In this document: piece by piece, positions 11,135 through 25,578 of the stretch
Position numbering within the stretch: the first letter of the stretch is position 1
Layout: the number at the start of each line of letters is the position of its first letter
Source of the DNA: Takakia lepidozioides
Lineage: Eukaryota > Plantae > Bryophyta
Assembly (NCBI GenBank): GCA_030704615.1
Contig: CM060732.1
Coordinates: 11,222,001-11,286,000, forward strand
Reading direction: 5' to 3'
DNA length: 64,000 nt
The notes under the pieces: generated by a model
What the model saw: the letters and a program-made list of their open reading frames with translations, nothing else
The model's database searches: none
What the model was told of the DNA's origin: nothing
Program-made: the position numbers and the translations under genes

Positions 11135-13743
11135 ACGGGTTTGGTGGAGTTATAAAAACTACACTAGGTACATGACTACAGAGCCCTGAAATGCATTACA
11201 GTTTTAGTTTTATGACTTTGTAGTAATGGATATCACTACATGACTCCGGAAAGTTAGGGAGCATCGGTCAAACATTATTGACCATGATGACAGGGATGGT
11301 TTATATAACTAGTGTGATATGTTTGACTACACGTGGACGACGTTTCATGGAATCTTATGACTCCATGACTGAAGATGGTTTTAGAGCTCTATTTATACGA
11401 CTACATCACTACACGTGTCATTTTGAAGACACATATAATGCAAATAAGGTTGCCCATTAGGTTTAAAAAAGTTAAATTTTTTGCTAATAAGGTTGCCCAT
11501 TAGTGTAATCGTGAACAGAAAGGAGGGCTGGGACTTGGCGTCTTTTTGTCTCCTGTGCCACACCACATAGCTGAGGGATGGAACGCGATGATAGCAGGAT
11601 ATGCAGGGGCGTGGGATGGAGGCGTTGAGCAAATGATGCACGAAGGAGAAGAGGAGGAGGAGACAAGACAAGGACAAGCGAGCTCGCCGTTCTTGGGAGA
11701 GTCAGCTTGGTCTTAGCAAACGTGTTTCAATCTCTAACTACTCATCTACGCCGTAGTGTTTCGATCTGACAGACCAATCCGACATTACCTGACTACAGAC
11801 ACAAGCAGCACACACAAGAGGTCATCGGTCAAATCCTCCATGGGTCAGGACAGGTCAAGGACAATGTGGTAGAGCACCTTATTCTTCAACCTATTTCAGC
11901 CTGTGTTGCCCTCTCATCAGACTCGGCCGCAAGATGCATATTGAATTCTGTAAGTTAGGTCGTTGGGTACATCTGTGGTGGTTTGGAGTGACTTTGGCAA
12001 GTTACTGCCAGTGTGGCAGCAGGGAAGTATCCAAAAACATATAATAGAGGTGAGGAGAAGCTTTGGGGTGAACACTTTCCGACCCCAATGGTGGGACAAT
12101 GGAGACAAAAAGGCGAATGCATGTTGGACTACAGAGAGAAGCAGATGCATTTCAGATTGTGATAAGTAGGGTTGGGGTGTTTTGGGGAAGAACTCCACAC
12201 CAGTATGGTTGGGGTGTTTGCTGGTAGAATTGTAGGCTGTCATAGGCATGGATAGCTGAAGGAGCAGGGATAGAGTGTGGGTCCACATTCATCCAAGAGG
12301 GCTGGATTTCAAGCTCCACATTACCTATGATTCCCTGTGGAAGGATAGGTACAAGAAACCTACATGGGTAGATGGTCAACTGGAAACGGCATGCTGTACT
12401 ATATGTCATTACTGTACTATATGTCATTCCAGAGACTGTCATTGTTGGTCCATGTGTTTTACAACAATGCTATCAATATAAGACTCCTGGTTCGCATTGG
12501 AAGCTCAATCCCTGCAAGTTCATTGTGTGTGAAGCTCAAACTTGCGATTTGAAGGATCTTGTAGCCAAGTTCATTCAACCGGAAAGGAGAAATTCTGAAA
12601 GCTCCCAAATTTGATGTGGGCAAGCTTATGGAGGTAAGACTTAGATTCCCTCCTCTAATGTAAGTGTTGGATAAGTTTCATTTAGTGTCGACCTTCACTG
12701 CATATATTGGCTCTTTTCTTGGCTGGTTTCATATTTTCTTGGCTGGTATGCTGTTGGTTGGCTTCTTTCATTTCACGTGTGTAGTGGAAGGGGAGAAGTA
12801 CTTTCCTAAGTTCTGCTGCAACAATGTCTTTTTCCAGCCTAGATGTTTTCGATGGATACAAATTGAAGTGCTTTGAATGTTGCTGCAATACTATAATAAA
12901 GTGGAGGGTGCTGAATGCAGTTGGCCTTGCTTCGTGCAGGCATAATCCAGGGAAATGTGGACATAGCTGAAACCCCATGATAGCATTTCCGGAGGACGGT
13001 GTGGATGGCCTCACAATCCAGCATGCAAAATCCATGACAATGTGGAGCTGGCTGAATGGGCAAACAGGTTAAGTGGCGAACAAGCCACGTCACTGGTACA
13101 TAGTTGCATGCTTACATAGTACATGAAAACGTACTATATGTCATTCCCGAAATTGACCATGTTGGTCCATGTATTTTACAACAATGCTATCAATAAAAGA
13201 CCAATGGTTCGCATTGGAAACTCTATCCCCGTAAGTGGCTTGTGCGTGATGCTCAAACTTGTGATTTGAAGGATCTTATACCCCAGTTCATTGCAGAGGT
13301 CATTGGAAAAGACATTGAGAAGGCAACAGCCGTTATCTATAATCTACAGATCCCCTTCAATTTGATGTGGGAAAGCCGGCTGGCTGGAGGTCTAGTCTCA
13401 CTTTCACTCATCTAATGTCAGTGTTGTATCCATTGCAATGTGGAGATGTTTGAAACAACATTGGAGCATTTCCAGAGGATGGTCTGGAAGGCCTTTCGTG
13501 GCGTGTGCCGAATCCATGGCAAGAAAACATTGCAGGCAGAACCCATAGCAATGGTACCAGCACGGGTTGGTCCAAAGCCAATTGCAACAACAAATGAATA
13601 AAGGGTGCTGAAAGGAAAGCACTCCATAATTGATCATAAAATCCAGTGTCCAAGCATGATATCTTAATGGGAATGCGAAGGGAGTGTTACCACCTTAAAC
13701 TATCATGCATGGTCTATAACTGGAGTGCACAAATCGCGCATAT

Positions 13744-16700
13744 CTAATCTTCATCATCCTCATCTATGTCTGGGTCACTACATGTATCACTGTCTTCATC
13801 ACAGACTTCATCTTCTCCAAGGGTTGGCTGAACATCATCACCACGTATACGGGGTGCTCGGAGGTACAAGGAGGCCACCTGCTCTGGAGTAACCGGTACC
13901 GCTCGGCTGCATGTTGGGCCATCAGTAACCACAGTCTCCTCTAGTCTTTGTGGGGCTAACAATCCTTCCACTTCCGCCACATCATCATTATCAATTGATA
14001 TGTCGCAGACCACTCTACGTGCTCGGGGGCTCTTCTCCAGGACGACTTTCCACCCCGGCTCCTTCACACAATCAGAAAAAAACACTTGATCAACCTGGCC
14101 AGGAAACACAAAAGGTTGCTCAGAAGGTGGAAGCATACGGTTAAAATTGACAAGTGTGAAGCCAGCATCATCCTGCTTCATTAACATAGGTTGACGACCC
14201 ACGCGACTCGCCCGTACCCACGAACACAAAAACACTATAGGCTGTGTTTGGCCATAGTCAATTTGCAAAATCTCCCTTATAAGACCCACATATCTTGTAG
14301 GTTCATCCATGTCATTGCCTGAATTGTTGGTAATGGGCTGGTGCTGGAAAACAGATGAGACTCCACAATCAAAAGACACCATACTTGTTGTGTTCATGCC
14401 GGGGGATATAACCCTGTAATGGTTACCATACGCTGTCATACTCTTGAATGACAGGGCAGTAAATGATGGAGGCCTTGAAAGATCCAGTAATTCCTCACGT
14501 GTTGTAGGATCAAGCCCATCTGATTGAATTGAGAGATGATCCCGTACACCTTGAGGGAGCCAAACAGCAAATGGAGGACAAGGATGCAAATCAGGAGGGT
14601 ACTGAATTGTCGTGGGATTGCTCATGCCTTCCAGCCCTTGCTCCTCACGAAACAAGCGTCGTCTGGCTTCTATCCGTGTGGACTCTGCTTCATATATCCT
14701 GTCACAATCCGAGGGTCAGCCAGGAGATTGACAAAGGTGGCGTGGGAGATTTGAAAAGACGCCATATGCCAACTAATGATAAATGACTAAAACTTGGAAA
14801 TCTGAATGTCAATGAAGTAGATTTCTTACCCCAACATGACTGATAGACGAGGATGGTTCTGAATGATGTACTCATGTACAATCTCACACAGGTCATTCAA
14901 TTTTCGGGCTTTAGAACTTCCTTCCACAACTTCACGTTCCACAGATTCTGCCTCATCTGCATCCCACACCCTTCGTACACTTCCATCAAATCCTGCCATA
15001 TACTCTGTGCAAAACCCCAATGCTTCTTCAAATTGGTATCCTTCTGCCATGCTCCCCTTGGGCCTTGCCATGTTTCTTACGTAGCCCTTCATATCTTTCA
15101 TTGCCCGCTCCATGGGGTACATCCAACGAGATGCTACGGGCCCGCATAAGTACAACTCATCCACTAGGTGAACAACCAGATGTGTCATCACATCAAAAAA
15201 TGATGGTGGGAACCTTCTCTATAAGACACAGAGTGAGAACTGCTTCAGTTCTCAATTCCTCATACTCTACAGGATTCACCACTTTTGCACACAACTTCTT
15301 AAATACACGACATACTCGCAAAATGGCCCTTCGAGGACCACTTGGCATGAGCCCACGGATAGCAAGCGGTATAATTTGCTGCATGAGCACATGATAGTCA
15401 TGTGATTTCATGCCTGACAACTTCTTCTTCACCACATGCTTTTTGAAAGCTGATGCGTAGCCTGTTGGCACTTTCAAGTTCTGCACAATCTCCAGAAAGA
15501 CTTGTAACTCAGCCTCAGTGAGGACATAAGGGGCAGGAGGCATAATTAACGTATCTGCTCTGTCAGGATCACGTTGTAGCCACAATTCCGGGCGCATCCC
15601 AAGTAGCTCCAAATCACGGCGAACTTTCAATGTGTCTTTCTCACCAAAGATAGTTTTAATAATATTTTCAGCCAAGTTCTTCTCGCAATGCATTGCGTCA
15701 AACGTGTGGCGGATGAGGAGACCCTACAAAATGAACACATAAGCAATTGAGCATTTACTCATCACAATTTAAATAGAAAACGCAAAAATGTACACAGCCA
15801 ATTTAAAGGCCATGAAGGAATTACCTCCCAATAAGGTAAGACATATAAAATTGACAATCGCTTAACTCCATGAGTTTTTACTGGGTCTGTCCTGCTATCT
15901 GGCGTCCCTCCGTTTTCCACCCATGCAGTGCGAGCTGTTGCAAGGTCCTTGATTTGTGTTCCAGTCTGCGTTTTTGGAGGAGTTCCATGCTCAGTAGCGC
16001 CATTGAACATTCTTGACCTTCTATATGGATGATTGCGGGCCAAAAATCTTCGGTGGCCTAGGAAAACAATTTTTCCACATGTGTGTAACTGCTGTGAAGT
16101 CACCCCGGGTCCACAAGCTGGACAACCAGCATAACCTTTCGTCACTTGACCTGAGAGCAAGCCATATGCAGGGTAGTCATGGATTGACCACATCAACATT
16201 GTCCTCAGTGTGAATTCGCGTTGACCACGAGGACGGGAAACATCATGAGCTGCAATCCCTCTCCATAGTTCCAATAGCTCTTCCACTAGGGGCATCAGGT
16301 AAACATCTACGTTGTCCGAGGTAACAGACTCCTTACCAGGAATCAGTAGCGCTAACATGACAAAGAACTTTTTGGTCATTAACCACGGAGGCAGATTGTA
16401 ATTGACCAAGAGAACGGGCCATGTGCTCCAACTTGTGGATTGAGCTCCGTAGGGATTTACACCGTCTAAGGCCAATCCAAATCGCAGAGATCGTGGCTCT
16501 GTAGCAAAATCCGCAAATGTGGTGTCAATGTGTCTCCATGCTTTGCTATCAGCTGGATATCGAACCAACCCATCCTGGCTCTTATGTCTGTCGTGCCATG
16601 TCATGAGGTTAGCGATCGATTTACATCGGTATATACGTTTCAACCTTGGAATGACAGGGAAGTGTCGCAATACTTTCTTGGGCACACTTCCACGACCTGG

Positions 16701-17035
16701 AATGTAACGGGAACTGCGGCACACTGGGCAAATGTCTACATTCTCATACTCCCCACGGAAGAGTACACAACCACGCTCACAGGCATGAATCATCGTGTAC
16801 TGCAATCCCATCTTGGCAATCATGGTTTTTGCTTCATAGTGAGTTTTCGGCAATGAATTCTCTTTAGGCAAAAAACTCTTACGCAACAATCCCAGAAGCT
16901 CATCCACAAATGCATTGGTGCACTTGTGGATAGTGCATGCGTTCAGCAACGTCAAAGTTGCTTGCAGCCGGCTGATGGAGCACCCTTCAAAAAGTGGACA
17001 TTGCGACGCTCGGAAGAGTTTATCATACTCGGGAT
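13744..17035 (-). pseudogene. CACTA transposase (TnpD/Tnp2; Transposase_21, DUF4218, DUF4216-type regions), 5' truncated
   Basis: IHACERGCVLF...CPVC; LRFGLALDGVNPY; STWPVLLVNYNLPPW; HDYPAYGLLSG; RHTFDAMHCEKN; GMKSHDYHVL; GPVASRWMYPMER; PFVFPGQVDQVFF. Frameshift near 15195. Confidence 0.95.
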
Positions 17036-17039
17036 CAAC

Positions 17040-20000
17040 GTACAGGTGAGCATTCTCAGTTTGTTTTGCCTGAATTCAAGGATTTGCTGCTTGCTGCCTA
17101 TATGTATGTGTAATCACCCACATTGTACTGGGGGAATTTCTTTTCAGGGCAAGCACAAGCGCACTGGATCCACGATCCCTGCTGCTAGCAATGGAGATGG
17201 CGCCCACAAGAACGCAGGAGGTGGCCCTAACTCTCCCAACATTGTGGGTTCTGTGCCACCAGTACCCCCACCTTATTATGGTATGCCTCAGTACCCACAG
17301 TCTCGCACTCAGTATGGTCAGGGTCAATATGGTGCTCCTCCATATGGGCAGTATGGCGAGTATCCTCCTCCACCATATTTGCCACCCCCTAATAGCTATG
17401 GGGGTGGCAGGCCACCGGAATATCCTCCTGCTTATGGACAGTATGGCCAGTATGGTCCTCGGCCTTCTGGCCAACAACCATGGCCACCAGTCCCTACTTG
17501 GGAGGATCCTGCTTTGAATTCTCCTGAGCGCACGGAGGTCTCTGAAGGAGGGGAGGGTGCCGTTTCAAAGAATGATAGAACCAATGCTTTAAGGAGGGCT
17601 AATAGCTCAGCCAAAATTGAAGCTGCTAAGGTCAAAGAAGAGAGAATAGCTGCAGGTCTTCCTCCCACGGTGATTTTGACGAACCTCAAAGGAGCCCCGT
17701 ATGGTCAGACCCGGAATGTATGGCACGCTGCCCTTAAAGGACAGGCTTATCGCAAGCTAGATTGTTCCCTTGCCATCAACAACCAACCTGATGAAGTTGT
17801 ATACAAAATCAGAGATCACCTGGCTAAGCTATTTTCATATACGCCGCACGAGTTAAAAGACTTCCACCTAAAACAAACAATTGGCAGAATAATGAAGAGC
17901 CAGCGTTATGAAGCACACATTGCGTGGTTGGGTGGTAAGGGGAAACCCATTACTGTATCTGATGAGGTATGGAACAAGCTTGTAAGTTACTGGCAGACAG
18001 AGGTGTTCCACAAAGTGTCGGGCAACATGAAGAAGGCAAATGGTGCAATTCTGAATCCTACCAAGACTGGCCGTGGTGGGAAGGCAATGGTGGAAGCACG
18101 CTTGGTAAGTGGCATCATCACGACTCTGTATTTTGTTCCTCATTGAATTGCTATGTGTATATAGTCAGCCCTCACATTGCTTACTGACTTGTGGCATGGG
18201 TTTGTTTGTGGCATGGATTAATTTGTAGGAAACACTATCAGGGTGCCCTCCTACATTATATGAAATTCAAGAGGGTTCAGTGTCGCGGTTGTCAGCTGGG
18301 AGTGACAGGTGGGTAAGTGTGTTTTCCACGTTTGCTAGAGTGGTTGCTGCATCATAGGTTGCTAGGGTTTTTTTCACGGCTTTTGGCCTGGGTTTTCTTT
18401 CCAATGGTTGTTCATGCTAGGTTTTTTTGGTTTGATTCATACTTGGGCAAGTTTTCATGGATTGGTAGGAGGGAAGTCTCGCATATTCTACAGTAGTTGG
18501 CAGGATGGATGGCTTGGACAGACTGGTGGAATCACAAGGACGTGACATGGCAGAATTAAAATTACAGATGCAGAGTATGATTGAGTACCAGAAAGCCATT
18601 GTGACCAGATTGGGGATTAATCTACCAGGCGTAGGACCAGTGATATCTACGATGGATACGTCTGCTGTGACAGTATCAAAATGTTTGGAATCCCAATTTT
18701 AGACGGTAACCGGTGCTCACTCTAAGCCCTTATGTCTTCCTATCACTGATGATCTTTTGAATTTGACCGAGCAGCAACAGGATACAGGGAAGGCCAACTG
18801 TGAGGTACAAGTGGAAATTTAGCCCTTGCCACGTACAAAGGCAGTAGCAGTCCAGGGGGCAATGGTGACAGAGCCGCCGGGCACACCGGATTCTGGTATG
18901 CAGGTATGTGGGAGTTTAGATGGGGAGGAAGATGCAGACGGGGACAAAACAAACAAGCAAGTTGCTTTAATTTCTCCTGCTCACATGTTGAAGCCAAATG
19001 TCAGTTTACTTCCTGGACCAACGAGGAAGCATTTACTAATTCTGGACTTAAATGGTCTGTTATGTGAATCTTTTCATTCTGCTAATGGGCCTGCATCCCT
19101 TCCCAAAGGTTTTGTGGGGAAGATGTGTGGCAAGAAGATGGTAGTTTTGAGACCACGCTGTTATGACTTTTTGCAAAAGTGTTTTGAACACTTTGAGGTG
19201 GCGGTGTGGTCTTGTTGCCAAGCTCGCAACTTCTTCCCAATGGTGGACTATATTTTTGCAGCCCACACTAACCTGGTTTTCCAGTGGGATGCCTTCACTG
19301 TGACGAGGATCCAGTCCTCCCATGCCGTAAGGGGTCTGATTCAAAGCCATTATATTTCAAGAACTTGTCTACAGTGTGGGCAGACTGGCCAGAATGGACT
19401 TATGAGGACACTGTTTTTGTTGACGACACACCAAGAAAGGCGGCAAACAATCCTCCCTTCAGTGGGATTTTTCCAGAGCCATGGAAGGTGCAACCAGATT
19501 CACCAACTGATGAGTATCTAACAGAGGTGTTGTGGCATTTCTTGTGGAAGGCATCGAAAGCTGCTAGTATTCCCAAGTTTTTGGAGTCTCAGCCTGTTTT
19601 CGGACAACAACCATACAACACTGCTATTGTGAAGGTACAAACATTCTGACAGTGCTTCAGAGGCTACATTTTTGTGGGTTCATTCATTGCATTGCTTTCC
19701 TGGATGCTTCTCCTCGGTTGCTTGATTAATGCTAGGTTTTCTTTGCAGCTTTTCATGTTGGTTTTTTTTGTTTGATTCATACTTGGATTTTGTTTCTATT
19801 CACTATTCATGTTTGCTCATTGCTTTCCTGGTTGATCTCTGGTCTGTGACACAGGAACTTGTGACAAACCAAGGTGATATTGTCGACAAGCCGGTACAGA
19901 CGAGGGGCAAGAGTGTCGACCCGACGAGTAGCCCCCCAAAAGAGGTCTCACCACCACTGGAGACTGCAAATGGAGTAAGTCCAGGCCGTTGTCTTGTCTG

Positions 20001-20398
20001 TTATATTTTTTCCAACCTTGGGGCTCTCTTTAACTCGCAAATGTTGAGTGTCCTAGTCGTGTGTATGTCATGGGTTTTCACATCGTGTTCTTTTTAGTGT
20101 GGAGTTGGGATCACAGTTCAGGGTGGGTGACGAGGTTCGGCTGTTGGATGTGAACTCCAAACGCAAGAAATGTGGAGTAGGGCTGATTGTTGCTCTTCAA
20201 GGTGCTGTGGTGGGTTACGGGTACCCTGCTGTGCCCCTTGATTATGCCTGTGTGTACATCAAAGAGGCATGTGTCAGTAACACCCCTCTACCATATGTGA
20301 ATGGTGTTAGGAAACAGACCGAGTTGGGGCAGGTGGTTGGCCAGACAACACTTTGGAGTCTAAAGTTACTGAAACTTATGGAGCTGCGGAAGGGATAG
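17040..20398 (+). pseudogene. CACTA ORF2 / TnpA-like multi-exon gene with an inserted FCP1/NIF HAD domain
   Basis: P/Y/G-rich region; Ptta/En/Spm-like PITVSDEVWNKLVSYWQ...KTGRGG; coiled-coil exon 18505-18702; last exon with LPYVNG...LGQVVGQTTLW. Confidence 0.75.
19020..19630 (+). pseudogene. FCP1/NIF-like HAD phosphatase domain (one frameshift)
   Basis: LLILDLNGLL; VLRPRCYDFL; FEVAVWS; YFKNLSTVW; TVFVDDTPRKAANNP (ORFs 18826 and 19284). Confidence 0.85.
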
Positions 20399-22780
20399 TC
20401 AGTATTGCACTGTTTAACAGACTTCTTGATTCTAATAGCACTAGAACATACTAGCTACAACAATTCAGCCCATGTGTGGGCTTGCTTGTTTTTGGCTGGG
20501 CCTTTTGAGGCATGGATTTTTTGACCTTGTGGCTTTTGAGGTGTCCATTGGGATATTGGTCTCATTTGGATTTTTGTAATGTGATTTATAGGGCTTGTAT
20601 TGCCCTGTAGTTGACTATTTTCATTCTCCTTGTGGTTGATAGTATGCAGGAGGGATCCGTTCTGTTTTCATGTTGGAATTTCACCATGTAATGAAGATTT
20701 TAAATCATTTAATTCACTTTCATTTTAAATAATAATATTAAAAATAATACCATTAAAAAAAAATCCAAGGCTGCAATCTCCCTGTTCTTTTAAATATTAA
20801 ATGAAAACTAAAAATTAAAATATGAACATTAAAAATATAAACTATTTCGGAAAACAATCTTGATGACACGTGACATCACTCTTGCTCAAACCAGAACCCG
20901 TGGCAGTATATGACACGACATTCTTTATCCATATTTTCACCACGTGTAAAGATCCGTAGTCATATATGCTAGTCATATATTTTGTCTGTGTGCCACATGT
21001 CACATCTCAAGTGCAACAGGTGTCCCGCTAATATCTCTCCATGTAGACATCCCTGTAGTCATATGAGCGAGTCATGTAGTTACCACGTGTGAAATCTGCC
21101 ATAGCACACGTGTCTCGGTAGTGCCTCTCCATGTAGGCATCACTGTGCAGACATGTAGTCATATGATCATGGCAAGAAGTCATGATGATGATGAAGCGTG
21201 TGCTTGAACATGAGAGGACTGTCTCGGCACTACAGCCACCATCGTGCATATGCTTCCACTATTTTTGCCTTCTTGTTGTGCTTTCGGGAACCTTCGTTTT
21301 ATGGTTTGGTTCTATGTCATAAATATGGAAAATGCGGACATCTGTCGTCAATAACGTCCTCTACTTGTGATCCGTCATGATACGTTTAGCCCCTTCGTAC
21401 TGCATCCCTCATGAGAGCCTTCACAAGTTTAGTTCGTTAAAAGAACCCATGGGTAACATGGGCACGAAAATGGTGGAAGCGTATGCACATGGGGGCGTGT
21501 ATTGTAGATTTCGTATCGGACGATGGGACTGTTTATGCGACCAAGTATAGCGGCTTGCATCCGTCGTGCATAAGTTGTGGAAAATGGTGGAGAATCTGAA
21601 GAAACCCAGCTTTGGCAGCACAAAAAAGCAATTCAAGTCGTCACGAAACACCATCCAGTCGTAAGATCCTCAAACATCCACACGCACCTGCTGAATGCAA
21701 ATGTCTGAGCCACGACGGGAGTAGGTGCAGAATCGGTACATTGTCGCATTTGCCAGGAGACAGACCAGGCTGAGACAATTGCATCTGCAAATGCGCGTCG
21801 ATGTTTGAGTCCGTTGTGTCGCGAGTCTGTTCATAGTGGGTCCGCTGGCCCGTCAGTGCTCCGAATATTCTCCTTATCGCGTGCATAACAGTCAATTTGG
21901 AGGCGGTATGCTGGAAGTCCGTCTGTTGGGATATCAGTCTGTCGTACTTGTGAATTTGTCAGTCTGTTGTGTCGGAAGTCTGTTGCACTAAGTCTGTTTG
22001 ACTTCTTATTTTCCCTCCGGTTAGTCTTTTGGCTTGTTCTCCCGCCAATCTGGCGAAACGTCCGTCTGTTGGACAGTTCTCCTCTATGGATATCAGTCTG
22101 TTGGACTGTGCATGCATCAGTCTGTTGTGCCGCGAGTCTGTTCGCAATGGGTGTGTTCGACTTTCCTGTTCTCCCCTTACTCTCTTTTGTCTTCATTCCG
22201 CTGGCAGGGAAGTGCCTCCAATATGAAGCCGCTTCGCCTCAGCAAAGCGAATAGTCCGCTGGACTGGCGGTCCGGTGGACTCTCGGCCCGATGGGAAATG
22301 AGTCTGCTACACTTGCGAGGACCGTGGATGAATTTAGTACGATGCGTTCGTTCGGTGGACGTATACAATGCGACAAGGCGGATAGTTAGCGCCTGTGAAA
22401 TCGCGCCACGTTGGCAGTGCCATGCCCGCTTTCCCCCTTCTACTTCTATTTTCTTCTCATGTTCCCTGTGCGATCGACTCCATTCTCTTCGCGCCTGTTT
22501 CTTCGCACTGTTTTGCACTGTTTTGTTTTCCTCTTTGCGTTTCCATCACCGTAACAAAAGACGACCGTTCTTAACCAGGTGTGGAGAGTCGCGGTGAGCT
22601 GCGAAGCGTCGCAAACACGCTCGCCTTCGTAACAACTCGAAGTTCATCAGCTCGGTGAGGTTCTCACTTGCTGCGGTGTTTCCATTCCATTCTGTGTCAT
22701 CTTCTTTCTTAGGGTGAGTCTTTTCATAGGACTTCTATCTGTCGCTCATTGTCCTTGCACCTTCGTTTCATTCTGCAGCG

Positions 22781-25578
22781 ATGGAGGATGCTTGTGAAAA
22801 GGGTGGAGCGGACTGGGTGGATTTTGTGCACCAAACCAGACTGAAGAAGGAGCGAAGGTACTGGTACTCACCAGACGAGTTTGATCATAAAATAGTGGAA
22901 GCATTTGTAGACCTCCGCGCCCGGAAGCCCAAAAACTCGAATTGGCAAAAGAACAGGCTCTTCTGTCCCTTCTGTGAAGAGGTTATCAAGGACAAAATCC
23001 AACTAAATCGGCATTGTGTTGACACGGGTTGCAAGGAGACTGTTGCAATGATTCCACTGGATTTCAAGCCTTGGCCGATACTGAAAGACATATCGATTGT
23101 CAAAGAGGCCACAAAGCGCTTGCGCGGATCAGTGCTGGACCCCCGCACTTTGGAATTAGACGAAGTGCGCGCACGGTATAGCGTCCATTGTGGTGGCCCG
23201 TCAATGGAGGATTCGCAAGTGCAGGGAACGCCGGACGCTCCCAGAAAACGTAAACTGAGTGATGGGGCCCAAAAAAAGGAGAGGCAAAAAAAGGAGAAGG
23301 CTGCAAGGTCTGCTCGCGAGGCAAGGGCAAAATCCATGCAACAGACTGAACCCCGTCCTGGGCGGCAGACCCACACCATCAGTACTGATATTGAAAGTGA
23401 ATCTGCTCAGGGCCTGGAAGGGGTGACAAGTCCAGTGGACATTGACTTGCCTGACCAGACTCGGCAGCAGACTCACACAAATATCCCGACCCATGCCATC
23501 GATTTAGGGTCTAAACCAAAAACTCAACAGAGCACTGAAGGGCCAGTCTGCCCTGGCACATTGCGCCTCGTTGACTTTGGGCTTTTCCCACCAGAGTGCC
23601 CACCAATTGGGGATCCAGACTTCTTCCGTTATTTCTACAGAGTTGCCCAATCAGGTCTGCTACGCACACTCATCCGACAGGCGGAACAGAACTGGTTGAA
23701 CAGCTTTGAAGATGAAGATGACGATGATGAAGTAGAGGAGGTAATGCTCAGTCTGACCGCCCAGTCTGTTCTCTGTGCTGTTTGAGTCCATCATCCGGGG
23801 GTCGCGTTGCCTATTCAGTTTGGTCAGTCCGCTGCGTTCTCTCCTCACTCTGTTGCCTCACTCCGCTCGTCAGTTAGTCTGTTTTATATGGCTGCATTAC
23901 TTACTGAGTCCGTTTGTCAGTCCGCTGGTCCAGTCCACTGGTATAGTCTACTAGTTGCCTCCACCCTACGTACGCACGTTACTGTCTGCTGGTCTGTGAG
24001 TCCAGTCTGCTGCATGAGGTGAATATAGAGTCCACGTCCATGTTCCTGACGTCCAAGTTCTCTGCCGTGTACCGGGATGAACGTATTCGTAGGGCCATTC
24101 AGGCTTGGCGGATACCTAGCAATGATGCGAGTTTACAAGCGACTGCAGTGCGTGCGGAAGTGGACCGCGTGCGAGAGTACATATTATTGAAGTATCCTGG
24201 GTCATCTGCTGCTATAGCGGCATTACTTTCTCTCACATAGCACGACGCTTTTTCCAGTTTGGCGATCGCCATCACCGGTAATTCGACCCGGAGCTAAAGA
24301 CCTCACACTTCCCCGGCTTAGGGTGGGAGAAATTAATCCCCATTTGGATTGGCATAATGAGCTCCACCGGATTGTTGCGGATTGTCGGTGGTCATGTGTA
24401 CCCTTTCATTATTCCATGGAGTTTTCTATTGAGGAAGCCAACCATGTTCTAGAAGCCGCCTCTGCTGTTGCCATTGAAGCCACAAACGACCAAAATGCGC
24501 CGCCTCTACTTGTGCAGCTGATTCTCATGAATGACCCACGGCCTGAAGACCTCAGACATATGCCTATGGCACATCCAACCTTTGGGGTGCGAAGAAAGCA
24601 CTTGTTCGGATTGACTGAGGAGGACTTTGAGCGCATGGCAGCTTCCTTCCTACAACACAGATGGATGCAATTTGGGAATTTCCGCTCATACAACAAGTTG
24701 ATGAAGGATCTGCATAGTTTGAGGATGGACTTACTCCATGGAACAGACCATTTGCAGAAGTTTGTGGTGGATGACGCATTGCACTGGTTTGCATTGGTGA
24801 TGGAGCGAGCAGTATTCGACATTGTTTTGCAGAATCCCGATGTCTTCCAAGTCCTGTGGTGTGGGATCCCAACTGAAGACCGCATCGGCGCCATTGCTCA
24901 TCTCGATGGAGCATGCCTGTGCCGGCAAATCAAGGACATTGGCCTCATCGGAAATCTCTTGGAAGGTAAAATGTTATGGGCAACTTTCGTGTTTCAGCTC
25001 AATTTCCTTTGCCAATTTTTTTAGAAGTTCACATTCGCATAAACATGTGTTGCAGGGCGAGTTGATCTGGGAGACAAGCAAATTCAGGCTGCTTTCGACT
25101 CTTTTGCCAAAGGTGCAAGGGACCTTGTCCTGGCTTTACAAGGAGTTCGGGAGACTGTCCAGCAGACTGGCCACAAGAATGTCGAACAACATATTCCCCA
25201 CGATACATGTGGGCAGACTGCCCAAGTGCTGGAGACCGAGCATGTGCACCAGACCGGAGCGGGTAATAGGCCGGATCACTCCCAGCAGACTGCCCCGCAC
25301 ACACATACTCAGTATGTGCAAACAGTACTGAGCGGGCAGCGAACTTTGCAGATTTTGCAGCAGACAGGAGAACAGACCGGCCAACGGACTGCCCATTAGC
25401 CGACTGTGCAGCAGACCACCGAACATGGCCACCAGACTGCCCCTCAGCAGACCGTGCAGCAGACCGACGAATCCAGCCAACAGATTGCCCCTCAGCAAAA
25501 CCGTATCATAGATCTTACAGAAGAGTCTGAGGAAGCAATTGTCGGTGGGTCTTCCATACATGTTCTTGATGTTTCCCA
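22781..25578 (+). pseudogene. 5' half of the Ulp1-bearing MULE accessory gene (inverted relative to its 3' half)
   Basis: ORFs 22781, 24323 and 25406 with an N-terminal CPFC...HC motif and a QT/EH-rich tract. It ends at the CACTA TIR and continues in frame into the reverse complement from 11102 leftwards. Confidence 0.75.

Larger units (their letters stand above)
11106..21170. mobile_element. CACTA (En/Spm) transposon body
   Basis: TIR CACTACAAGAGATGAGCGTTTTT at 11106; subterminal ATGACTA/TAGTCAT repeats at 11170-11410 and 20955-21170; internal transposase and TnpA-like ORF2. Right limit approximate. Confidence 0.85.

Noticed and set aside
21240-21491. miRNA-like hairpin (inverted ~30-bp repeat at 21240-21270 and 21461-21491)
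   Set aside because: Short imperfect arms with a ~190-nt loop at a TE junction; more simply a terminal-repeat remnant.
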